From the NCBI GenBank assembly GCA_008632985.1, contig QPGO01000026.1, positions 496,001 to 560,000 of the forward strand: 64,000 nt of DNA. The letters run 5' to 3'. Position 1 is the stretch's first letter; each line of letters begins with the position of its first letter. Below are positions 12,289 through 24,050 of this stretch, piece after piece. The DNA is from Psammoneis japonica. Its lineage: Eukaryota. Both the position numbers and the translations under genes were made by a program. A model generated the notes under the pieces. The model was given only the letters and a program-made list of their open reading frames with translations. It was not told the DNA's origin and searched no databases.

Positions 12289-14860
12289 CTATTCGGTGGC
12301 GTGGTACTTGATGTCCACAACTTCACCAGAGAACGGCAAACCATCAGATCTCCAAAATTGCCAAATCACGCCGGGATCCTGAAAAGACACAATCATAAAC
12401 TTTGAGTCTGGTGAGAAAGCCAAACCTGTTGTCTCTGAATTATATGAGTCATCCCCAAAGCTATCGATAAGAGTGAAATATCTCCCCGTGAAATCTCGCC
12501 CGTGTACACCCGATTTCTTGCCTCCCTCCTCACAAAAGTAAACGAAGGAACCAATGGAAGTAATTTGATCAGGCTTTTTGTCAAAGGCCCCGCTTTCAGT
12601 TGTATGGCGTGTGTATGTCAAATTGTCCAAATCCAAAATGTGGACGCAACGAAGCTTCTTGTTTGTAAAATATAGCAAACCATTGACTACGGCAATTCCT
12701 TCGCTTAGTGGGTAAACGGAAGGATTCGCATCATTCTTCGACTTCACCCATTCAAAGCTTCCACTCAAACCTTTTCTATCCGGGTTCAACTTCAGGTATT
12801 CGTGACTTCCATGATTAAGAGTGCACCACTTGTCCGAATCGTTTGGTGCATTGTAGCAAGCCATACCCTCTTCGTTCGGAGTAAATCGAACGAGAGCCCC
12901 TTTGTTCGAATCCTCCGTTATGTAAAATGTGGGCTTCTCATACCGCGTATCATATGCAAATGATTCATAGTTCCCTCCATACTCAACTACGCCTGTCTGC
13001 TGAGCCTCTATGTTTCCGGATGGATCACATTGGTAAACGAAGCCTTTTTTGCCGTGCTCCTCACACGAAACCCAGGTTCCCCATGGTGATCTAGTTTTTA
13101 AAAGAAGAAAATGGCATTGTAGTCAGCAACATGACAATTTGACTTTGAATGTCAGAAGCAAACATCAACACTATAAACGCACTTTCCCCCTCCGCAGTTC
13201 CGACTAGTTCCATTCAGGACGGTGAAGTAGTCTGTTACATTTCCGTTCTCATCAAACTCAATTGTATGCGCACCACCTTTGTTATCATCTACTTCGGCGT
13301 TTGACGTGTAATAGAAACCCCCGTTGGGGCTTGGAAAGGTAGCCGCGCCATCTGGTTGATCGTGCATTGGAATTAATGACTTTTCTCCATTTACAAAATC
13401 TATTGACTCGTTGCTGTACGCAATTGCTCGTCCTAACATACCGTTCGATACAAGGATTTCTCGTCCATATTTGCTGTAGAAAGTAGCAAAAGAATGTTAA
13501 CGAGAAGTTGCATTACAAGCATGTGCAAACAAAGCAACAAATTCCTTACTCTACCAGCGTCATCCCCAAAGAAAAGTTCCCGGGATGGTAAGAAATCGCT
13601 GAGTCAAAGAGTGTATTTTCCATTGGCGGTGTTGTAGGTGGGAAAAATGTTGGCTCGTTAGTTGGATATTCCGATGAATAATCCGTAGGAGCTATTGTCG
13701 GCGCCTTTGTTGTAGGAGAAAGAGTCAATTTTTCTGTGGTTACAGAGGTTGGTGTCTCACTAGGAAATGACGTTGTCGGATACCTCGTAGGCGATGTACT
13801 TGGCAACTCTGTTGTAGGCGTCAACGTCGGAGATACAGAGGGCAAGGACGAGGGCTTTCCGCTTGGAGATGACGAAGGTTTAGCGGTAGGCAGTCGTGTC
13901 GGGGACTCTGTTGTTGGGTTGGGCGAAGGATGTTTGGTTGGAAAGTCAGTCGTAGGTGCAAGCGTCGGGGCTGACGTGGGTTTAACCGTAGGAGAACGTG
14001 TTGGAGGTGCTGTTGTTGGGATGATCGTAGGATATCTGGTTGGCAAACGTGTCGGTGAATTTGTTGTCGACCCTGGCGATGGAGAATTCGTTGGTGGAAC
14101 ATCGGCATTGCTCTTTACATCAAAAGTAGGAGCGATCGAAGGAGACGAGGACATCGTTCGGCATTTACAGCAGGCATCGTTGGCTGTACTTCCGTTGTTT
14201 GGGTAGAGATGTCCGTACCGAGCGCATCTACCTTTTCTACCGTACCAATCACAGTTGAACAAAGGGCCATCCGAGTCATGCCAACCAACAGGATTGTCCA
14301 CACACGTCTCTTGTAACATTTGACGCTGCCAATCATCAAGAGGCATCAAATTGTGAATAGTTGAAGTACTCGTGATGTCTCCGGATTGGGAGATGACCGA
14401 AACTCGATATCCATATTTCTCGTCTTCCACGGGAGACAAACATGAACTTCCAGAGCTGCTGATTGAGCCACAGATGCAATGAGGAAAAAGACAACATGCT
14501 TTTGACTCATCCTTGGTATCATAGGTAATGCAATCAGAATCATGTCGACAAGACATGAAATCTTCTTTCGCCAACGCCAACCAGGTGCCTGTTGTGTTGA
14601 AGTAGCTTTTGGAGAAAGCGTTAGGACAAGATCGATCGTCAATATGGTAACTGTGCTTCTGTGTCAGTATGGAGAAACAAAGATGTAAGTCGTTAAGATG
14701 CTACCATGCGCTCCTCCTCACCACGCCTCGATCACTGTTTCAAACTGAGGTAACTTACCTGTACATCACGATCCCAATTCTTTCGATTTTCATCCCGCAG
14801 GTGCTTCTCGCCATGAACTGCTGTTATTATAATTGCAAATATTTCAACCACAAGAAACAT
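12289..14860 (-). CDS. phoX: Secreted PhoX-type (DUF839) alkaline phosphatase-like protein with Cys-rich N-terminal modules and a Pro/Thr mucin-like stalk, ~767 aa; exons 14860-14759, 14658-13550, 13473-13183, 13090-12289
   Basis: Three GT-AG introns give one continuous frame of 2304 nt. Signal MFLVVEIFAIIITAVHG. Motifs PDGAATF, YYTSNAE, NCGGGK/SPWGTWVSCEE, EGIAV, PDQI, YFCEEGG, ETTGLAFSPD. About 20 PTxxP repeats. WHDSDG..CDWY..TANDACC module. Confidence 0.88.
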
Positions 14861-15008
14861 GGTGGTCCTCTGTTGGTCTCCAGTTCTGGAGTCACTCCAG
14901 AACCGCTTTACAGTCTATAAATGTCGGAGAAAAGTGGGAAAAGAAAAAAAAAATGAGGCGAGCGTGCGTTCGCTTGAGCATTGGTGCGTGAGAGCGAACA
15001 ACGACAGC

Positions 15009-16990
15009 GTCACGGATGGAAAGCACAAACGGTTTCAATATTATCCAAATTCATATTGATTGTATATATATATAAGATATTCAGAAAAATTTACGAACCG
15101 TTATCCAATAAAATGATCGAACGGTTTTTTAATTATTACTCGTTTCTCTAATAATGCGATAGTAAGTGCAATACGTTACATACAGTAGCAGTTCTTTGGA
15201 AACATCAACGAGGCGAGATGGGCGGTCATGCTTGCGCTTGCGCATTAGGCGCGCGTACTGTACAATACAGTGAAGGAGCACTACTCGCGAGTAGAGTTTA
15301 GTTGAGGTTACAACTTTCATCCTGACCATGGCGTTGATGACTGATGAAGACTTCCAAAGAGTCGCCACAGAGTTTTCTTTTACACCCCAGGCAACGCACC
15401 ACTCGTTCGAGGCAGTTGGCTTTGGATGAACGGCGCCAACCCCCGTTCGTCCGTCCACATCAACGGGTGCCGGGGTGCAGGGAAAACAACCTCATTGAAT
15501 CTGATTGGATTGGCTCTACAGGCTGAAAATTTGACTGTGTACTTTTTTGAGAACTCAACATTGCTGAACCGAGAAAATGTTGTCCATCTCGTCAAGACCC
15601 TGGCCAACAAGAAAAAAGACGTGTGGCTTCTAATCGACGAAACCCAAGACAACGTCGGAGGAGAACTTTTCACTCTCCTCCTGAAGAATGCCAGGAACCA
15701 CAAGATCACCACGGTTGGTGCTGGTGTCCCCAAGTTCAAAACGACGAGTCAAAAGTTCATGCAAAAAGTCAACACGTCTGACCTCTTCTTGTTGTCAAAC
15801 GAAGTGATGGTTTGCAAAGGCACGGTGGATTGTTTTTTGGGTTTTGTGGCAGCAGTCAGCAAATTTGCTGCTGCCACTGCTGCTGCAAATGTTGAAAGTC
15901 TCCACACAGTCTTGGAACACATGCATGCCTGCATTGGTGGGCACATCCATCGCTTGATGTGGCTCTCGGAGGTTCTGGTGAAGAAGCTTGTTGCACACAA
16001 GGCCACAACACCAAGGGACATTAAAGCACTTGCATTCAGATGAGTTGCAAGGCCACTTCCAATGCAAGGCCATGGTTGATTGGTGTCTGTCTTGTCTGTT
16101 GATGTGTGTCCATTGCTGTGCAAAACCAAGAACCCAATGTCGCTTTATGATCTCAAGCGAAAAGGCTTCTGCAACACCAACAATGAGATTTTATCAGAAT
16201 TTCTCTTTAAAGAATTCATCTCAAAGATGTCATCAAGTCACTCTTTCAACAAGCAATTGTCACATGGTGTTGAAGGTGTGCAGCAACTTCTTCAGTTTGC
16301 TCTTCCAAATCCATGTTGGACCATGTGCACAACCCATTTGGCAGGCCCTTTGAAGATGTGCTGACATTGGAACTTTTGACCATTCTTTTGGGAGTTTCCT
16401 GTTTCAAAACTTGATTGTTGAACCCAAAGCTTGTCAATGTTGGCATGGCAGCAAGAAAACCTGACCCACATTTTGACTGGTGATTGGAGGTCTGTGGTGT
16501 TGGCAGGTGTGGATCTGGAGAAACAGGTGGTGGGAGAGTCGCACGGAGTGCGCTCTGGGATGGAGAGAAAAAGGGTTGGCCAAGGGTGCAGACAGATGGT
16601 TGAGAGGAGGAGTTGGTGATTGTAGGATGGCAAAGAAGAAAGCTTGACATGCTGAGAGGTGGCTGGAGAGAGCAAAGTTGAAGTTGAGGCTGAGGATTTG
16701 AGAGGCCCAGAGTTGGGGGGTTGCAGTGTGATGGGAAGAGCCAAAGCGGTCCAGCAAAAGTTGTCTCAATTCTTGTGTTGATGCTTTTGTTGAGTGCATC
16801 CTGATGAGAGCAAACAATGAAAATGTCACGGATGGAAAGCACAAAATGACTGTCAAGGATTGTTGGGTTTCCATGTCATCCAAAAACACATTCATTTTAA
16901 TTGCAAATCAAACGGTTTTTTCATTTGTTGCTGGTCTTTCTAACATTGCAACAGTGCACTTTGTCAGCATTGTTCCTTAGAAACATCCAA
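15009..16990 (+). repeat. Local duplication of an upstream non-coding segment: 15009-~15210 (intact) and 16825-~16990 (TpA/CpG-eroded)
   Basis: Identical 21-mer GTCACGGATGGAAAGCACAAA at 15009 and 16825, followed by alignable sequence. Each copy precedes a P-loop NTPase remnant. Confidence 0.75.
15328..16360 (+). pseudogene. Decayed P-loop NTPase gene
   Basis: Walker A INGCRGAGKTT and Walker B WLLIDETQ. Frameshift after the first ~33 codons and further stops downstream. TpA and CpG content falls along the gene. Confidence 0.65.
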
Positions 16991-17189
16991 TTGCACCACT
17001 GCAGGGCCCTGCATGCTGGCATGCATCCTGCACAACTCTGTCACCATTGTCAACAACCAACAACAGGCAACCAGCCCCATCAGTGGAACTCAGAAAGAAA
17101 ACCAAGAGGATGTGCCGGTCAAGGAATCTTTGGCCTCCCCAAGCCAGGCTTCCAGCTTTTACTTTGGCAGCTGATGCAGCTGGGCTCAC

Positions 17190-17960
17190 AATGGCCATTC
17201 ATGTCAGTTGGGTTGCCCCAGATGAAAATTTGGGACAGGCGCACAGGAAAGTCAAGGAATTGATGCAGCAAAGAGCAATTCTCTGTGGTTCTGACCCCTC
17301 TTTACAAAACACACATTAATTGATCTTTGCTCACAATCTGGCCTGGTTCCTCAGGGTGTGATTTGCACAATGTGCACACCGGTTGGCCATGGAAAGACCT
17401 TGGGTGCCATGTCTGTCCTTGAGAATTTTCCTTTCCCAGGAGAAGGAGAAAAACATGCAAGGGGATTTGTGCTTGCTGTCAAGACATTGACAATGACCAC
17501 ATGTCACAATTGAATGCCTGTCTTGGAGTGATGGCGGTCAAGGGTGGGTCCATGCACTTCCACTTGCCATGAACAAACTGGAAAATCTTGAGCCATCTCT
17601 GCTGATCCTTGATGAATTCAATTTGCTCAGTGAAGACCATGTCAATGACAGCTTTGTTAAGAATTTGTGTGGCTTGATGATTGCAAAGAAAAACATGCTC
17701 TTGTTGCAATCAGCACACAGGACGAGACTGTTGCCAACAGGCTCTGCAGTCTGAATGGTGGGCAAAGAATTGCCCCAGTGCCGGGCACTTTTGCAGGGGA
17801 TGAAACATTGCCAAAGTGGAGCAGGATGAAATGGAGCAGAGAACTCCTCATTGAAGTGGTGCACCAAGAATTCCCAAAAAGTTTCCTGTGAATCATGAGT
17901 TTGAATTTGTTGTTGGTGACATGATGCCACTGCAAGCAACAGCTGCTTTGTTGTCTTTGC
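17190..17960 (+). pseudogene. Second, more decayed P-loop NTPase-like gene
   Basis: Walker B-like SLLILDEFN followed by TQDETVANRLCSLNGGQRIAPVPG, split across frames. Confidence 0.45.
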
Positions 17961-18639
17961 AAGAATGCACTGGCAAATGGGGTGTGGCTAATTCCTCACC
18001 ATGGAGATCCTCACCAAATGCTCACCATGACTTTTTCATCACACGATGTGACACCATTGCATTCTTTGCATGTGAACTGCCACATCAATGGGGCATTTTG
18101 AGCCAAAGACACCCCCCCTCATCAAACCATCCCTGACATGAAAAAAAAGATGCAAACATTGATCACAGTGCAGCAAGCTGAAAGCAGCACAAATCACTTC
18201 ACACCATGTCATCTTTTCTCATCTCTGCCAATCTCTCTGCTCTCTGCCATCATCATGTGCAGTGCGCATCATTTGCATGGAAGCATTGCAGCACCGCAAG
18301 AACAGCAGAGAGGCTGCACAAGAAGCCATGTGTTGCATTGTTTTGTCTCTGCTGATCTCCTCAGCATCATGCACAGTACACTTTGCTTTTGTGGAAATGT
18401 TGTGACACTGCAAGGACAGCAAAGAGGCTGATGCTCAAGAACTCAACAAGCCAGAAAAATGTGCTCCCAAGCAGCACCCACACTGCATTGTGTCATGAGT
18501 TTGTCTTGTGCGTTGCACATGTCCAACTGGGTCAACCAGCATGGTGCCATCAGCTCGCCAGAAGTCAAGCTCAAAAGAAGCAAAGCAAGGAGCTCTCAAC
18601 CAAGAAGTGGGTCATTGCAGATTGACAAGAGGATTGATG

Positions 18640-20660
18640 CGAAAGCATGCCGCTTCCAATGAGGAGACAAGTCATGAGAGAGACAATGAGTGTTGCAAGA
18701 AAGTTTTTGAACACAAGTCTGCACAGCCATTTCCTCAAGGCCGCTTGTTTGCAAGTCATGCACAGCTCGTGCAGGTGGCAAGGGAATTTCTGGAGATGTG
18801 GGGAATGGAGGGAGTGCACAAACAGAAAAGTGTGTGATGCCACTTCTCTGAGACCAAAAAGAAAAAGAAGGTTCAACCACTTGCTGAAAGATCCAATCAC
18901 CAAAACATTGGCCCAACAATGAAGAGCAAGTGCAATGCCCATTCTGCACAATGCACAGCTTCACAGAAAAGAAAAAGAATTTTTTTGCAAAGAAGGTCAG
19001 GCTTGACATTTTCCACAAAGTGAAGATGACATCGGTGGTGTGTCAGCACACCTGCACGCTGAACACGGTGCATCATTGAAAGGCAAAATGAGCTGGCAAT
19101 GGCACTCAACCCAGCTTGCAAGGACTTCAGAGCATTGTGGAAGATCTTCACATGAAGCCAAGCACAAAGGCTGAAAACCTCTGCCTCAAACTGCTCAAGC
19201 ATTTGCCTTTGCACGTGGGTGCTGATGCAAAGCACCTGATCAACTTCCAGCAGCCATGTCAGCAACTGGGTGCTGAATCACAAAGAAGATGAAGAAGTTC
19301 CATGTGACATCAAAGAAACCCATTGCTGCCAATGGGCTGATTGTGATGACAGCTCTTTGACTGGAGCCAATCTTAGAAAGATGCTCAAGAAAACAATGCA
19401 AGAGGATGGATCCACTTGGGGATGCACTGCATTTTCTAGAGGATTCAAAGAAGTTGCCACATGGCTTTGACTTTTGTTGGAAAAAAATGGGGCCGGCCAC
19501 CCCAAAGCCATCTGCTGCATGACAGCAGACATGCACCATGAGTTGATTTGGTGTGGCAACATTCTTTTCCTGGATGGCCAGAAATGACAGCACAACAGTC
19601 AAGGATGGCCGTGCATCAGGCCAACCATGGAGGACTGCACCAAAATGAAAGTTCAGTGTGTGGCTGTGTGCACTTGTGCCAAGGAAGTCCACATGTGCTG
19701 CCAATGGCAGATGGTCTTGTCCAGGAAGAAAATGGAGCCAAGTTGGATGTTGTCAGTGACATCCAAATCATCTTTGCTGGCCAGCACATGACTCAAGGCT
19801 TCATTGATTCACTGGAAGCTGAAAAGGTTGATTGTGAAAATTGCATCCTTCTCTGTGGGACCATTGTCATCTGCTTGAAGAAGTGTTCCCATCAAATGAA
19901 TGCTTTGGAGTGGCACTGCATTCTTTCATCCACAACCAACTCTGCTTCATGCTCCAATCCAAAAGGCAAGAGGAGTGGGTGCTGCACATGATTCTGCAAA
20001 GGGAACTGTGAAGGCAAATGCTGCAAAACTGTCACTGCTTTGAGCAATTCATGGCAACCCAGAGCATTGTGCACCTTGGTGCTGGTGGGAGTTGGTCAAT
20101 TGCCATGCACACAAAGTGCTTGTGCAAATGCCAAGAAATCCTGACCCACAAGCAGAGAAAGAGAGGGAGATGATCTTCATGTCATCATTTCCTCTTGGCA
20201 CAAATCCAAACACAGAGGTCAAGTTGGCAATGATGTCCAGCTGGCCAAGAGAACCTTTTCTTGGCATGGATGGAAGAATCTCTGCACCTGTGCCACAAAC
20301 AAAAACAAGTGCCTTCAAGTCAGTGCAACAGAAAACAATTCAAAGCACGTTTGGCCTTGTGGCAAGGACATCGCCTGTGACAAATGTGTGGTTGTGCCAT
20401 CAGGAGAGCAGTGCCCCCACTCCATTTGTGAATTCCCTGTGGCACTCAGTGTCAGCATGAACTGTGCACCAACAGAAAACCAGTGCTGTCAAAATGGCAT
20501 CTTTGGTGGTTGTTGGAGCAAGTGCGCTTGGTGGAAATGTCATGTCTCATGTGCACACTTTAACAGAAACCAAGAATGATGACAGGGATGGATCACAGGA
20601 CAGCTCTCCCTTTCATGATGGCCAAGTCCCACTCAAGATGCTGCACAAACTTTGAATGTT
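18640..20660 (+). mobile_element. Decayed MULE/Mutator-like transposase
   Basis: Remnants RLFASHAQLVQVAREFLEMWG, LKKTMQEDGSTW, and DIQIIFAGQHMTQGFIDSL resemble diatom MULE/SWIM transposases. Many frameshifts; TpA and CpG are nearly absent. Confidence 0.55.
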
Positions 20661-21344
20661 GAATGCCAAGGCACCTCCAAAGACAACAATGACAAGGGTG
20701 GCAACAACAAAAGTGACAAGGGCAAATGAGTTGATGTGCTCCATTCATGTTTGGATGAAGAAGACAAAGCTCTGCTCCTTGCTTGCCAGGAATTGACCTC
20801 TCAACCATCAAATGTCACAAGGCCACTTCAAGGTGACCAACCCAACATGGCAGCACTTTCCTCATTGCTGCGAACAATTGCCGACTGAGCAAGACATGGG
20901 TTGAGCACAAATGAGAGCTTTGACTCCTCCTCTGCACAATCACAAGAGAACTTCTTGACAACCCAGAAGCAAGCCCATTGGAGTGCACATTGCTGGGTCA
21001 GTTTGCTGAGCCAGATGACTCTTCATCACACAATTGTTTGCCACCACCACTTTTGCCACACTCATTTCCTGGAGTGTGTCCAACCACATCATTTGTAAGA
21101 TGTCTTCTGGATTGGCAGACAGACTTGTTCCTTTGTCACAACAAATGAGCCAACCTTCAATCTTGTGCACTGAACTCTCTCAGCATTCAGTGTGAGTGCC
21201 TTTTGGCATGTTTGGCATTCCATGGATGCAAGAGTCACTGGCAGATGATGTGACACCCCATGAAGTTTTGAGCAGCAGTGTTTTGCAGCACAGCTGCATT
21301 CATTGATCCTGTGAAGTGCAGGCGTCATTTAGAAAAAATGTCAT

Positions 21345-22250
21345 GAGACAGCGCAACAGTGCTTTTGACATTTTGGAAACATGACAGCCACAGAAACATT
21401 GTTGCCTGTTGACTCATCACAGCATTAAAAGCACAGGGTTTTGCAGTCACCAAAACAGTGCTGACTGTGTTGGGATTTGTTGTGGCACCTGTGGGAGGTG
21501 ATGGATCAAGCCAAAAACAGCACAACACAGTGCAACAGTGCTTTTGGCATTTTGAAAACACAACAGTCATGGAAATGTCACACCTGTTGTTTCATGCATG
21601 GCAGGAAAAGCACAGGGTTTGACAGTTGCCAAAATGATGCTGGCTGCATTGGGGCTCATTGTGGCAGTTGTGGGAGGTGCTGGAGTGTGAGCCAAAAACA
21701 GTGCAAGACAGTGCAACAGCACTTTTGCCATTTTGGGAACACAACAGCCATGGAAAGATTGGTGTCGCATGTTGTTTCATAAAGAGTGGGAAAAGTGTGG
21801 GGTTTGACAGTCACCAAAATGGTGTTGACTGCATTGGGATTTGTCATGGCACCCAAGGGAGGGCGGGGCTGGAGCAAGCAAAAAATGGCACAAGATGGTG
21901 TGACAGCATTTTTGACATTTTAGGAACACAAAAGCTGCAAAAACATTGTCACCTGTTGTCATGTGCATGGTGGGAAAAGCACAGGATTTGACAGTTGCCA
22001 AAATGGTGCTGATTGCATTGGGGTTCATCATGGTGCCTGTGGGAGGTGCTGGAGTGAGCCAAAAATGGCGTGAGACAATGTGGCTGCACTTTTGACATTT
22101 TGGGAAAACATGACAGCCATGGAAACATTGTTGCCTGTTGACTCACACTTGGCAGGAAAAGTGCGGGGTTTGACAGTTGCCAAAACAGTGATGATTGCAT
22201 TGGTGCTCATGATGGTGACTGTGGGAGGCACTGCAGCATGTCAAAAGCAG
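21345..22250. repeat. Degenerate tandem repeat, about 5 units of ~180-185 bp
   Basis: Anchor GTGGGAGG(TG) at 21491, 21670, ~21855 (variant), 22039 and 22221. Recurring ...AAAAGCACAGGGTTTGACAGTTGCCAAAA and CTTTTGRCATTTTGG motifs. Confidence 0.85.
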
Positions 22251-23159
22251 TGTGAGTTTGCAGCAAAATGATTTTGTCAGTGGCAAGGCGATGAGAAGCA
22301 AAGCACCATCATCAACTCTTGCACCAGGAGCATCAAGAATGGTGCAGGAGGGCATGGAAGTCACAGAAAGGCAGCCACAGCACTTTCATTCATGACAGGA
22401 GCTGCGGCAGGCACTGGAGCATGAGAGACAGAGTTTCAGCAACCAAGCTCTGATTTTGGCAGCAACTGGCACACAGTGGTCACAGAAACAACATTGCCTG
22501 TTGCACCAGAGGCACTGGCACTGACTGCATCAAGTGATGCCTTGTCAGGGGAAGGTTGTGGAGATGAATTGCTGGAAACCGTCATGTTTGACTTGAGTTG
22601 ACTTGTGTTGAGTGTTGACATGTGCTTTTTTTGCAGTGCCAGCAATGCCAGTGGGGAGAGGTTGGCACAACTCACAATCCTGATGGCCGACAGATGTGGT
22701 GGGCATTTGGCGAGGATTGCCACAGCAAGAAATTAGTGCAGCGCTTCTTGGCTGGAGACGTCCCCCAGTCCTGACCACTCTAGACTGGTTGTCCCATGCT
22801 TGTGTGCTGCATTTTCAGCCAATCATGTCATGTCTTCAGTGAATTGTGACTCAGCAATCCCCAATTGTGATGATGCAACATTTGAGAATAATTTTGTCTT
22901 CAAGCCATTTATGACTCAGCAACATTTAAGACCACTTGCTAAATGGACAGACAGAAAAGACGCTGCATGCAGCAGGAAAAATCCTCACGCACACTTGCCA
23001 CTCTCGAACCGCTGCAGCACAATGGCGACTGGCTCCATTCATGAATCGACCATCACTGTGACAACACAAGGGTTGACAGCATTGATGCAAGGTGCAAAGA
23101 CTATTTTTTTGTTGGTGTCTCCTAAATTTCTTTTGTTTCCATTGTGCTCAAATGGAGCG

Positions 23160-24050
23160 TGTGTTTTTGGTTTTGTTTTCTGCTGCCAACAAGATTGCTG
23201 CTAACAATGAACCATGAGGACCATGAGGGCGCACCAAAATCATTGAGACAAGGCAATGTGAACATGTCGAGTGTGATGGGGTTGTTTCTTTGTTGGCATC
23301 TTCTGCATTTCTGTTGTTTCTGTTCCTTTTAATTGGACAGTGTTTTGTTTTGTTTTCAGCTGATGGCATTGCTTGACACACTCAACCACAAGTGCCACGA
23401 GGGCACACCAAAAGCATTGATGCAAGGCAACAGGAATGTGCCAAGTGCAATGAGTCTGTTTCTTTGTTGTTGTGTTCTCAATTTTGATGTTTCCATTCCT
23501 TTGTTTCTGCTGCAGGGCTGCAACAGGCCACCAGCTTCGTGGGACCTTGGTGTCTGTGCTGTCCAGGCCACTGATGTTGGCACGGTGTGGCAACAGTTGG
23601 TGTGGTGGACCGGTGCAATTGTGCAAGTGCAAACTGTTTGTTGCCACCATGTTGGATCCCAATCCTGAATTGATGCTTCCACGCTGGGAAGTGGTGATGT
23701 GATGTGCACCAACACAAACAGAAAAAAGAACAAAACAAAAAGACACCAAGAACACCTTTGTCATTTGATGACTCCTCAAAGTTGTTGTGTTCTTTTCTGT
23801 TTTTTACCTGTGCAGATGGTTGGTGTTTTTTCTCTGCTGCCGACAAGATCATTCATGAATCAACTGGTGCCAGGGTGATGCGACGGGCAACAGAATTCAC
23901 AAAGGCAATGCAAGTGTCTCAAGTTTGATGGTGGTGCATTTGTTGTTTGACAAATCCTGACATTTGTTGCGTTCTTTTCCATTTTCTGCTGCAGTGCAGA
24001 TGGTTGGTGTTCTTTGTTTTGTTCTCTGCCGACAACAAGATCAAGGCAAA
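23160..24050. repeat. Degenerate non-coding direct repeats
   Basis: GAGGGCRCACCAAAA..ATTGA..CAAGGCAA at ~23225 and ~23399 (~175-bp spacing). TCTGCTGCCRACAAGAT-like motif at ~23179, ~23833 and ~24026. Confidence 0.55.

Noticed and set aside
13736..14206. 156-aa Val/Gly-rich plus-strand ORF
   Set aside because: Antisense shadow of the Pro/Thr repeat exon of phoX.
21345..22250. CRISPR array
   Set aside because: Whole ~182-bp units are homologous and degenerate, with no constant repeat plus unique spacer, no cas genes, and a eukaryotic context.
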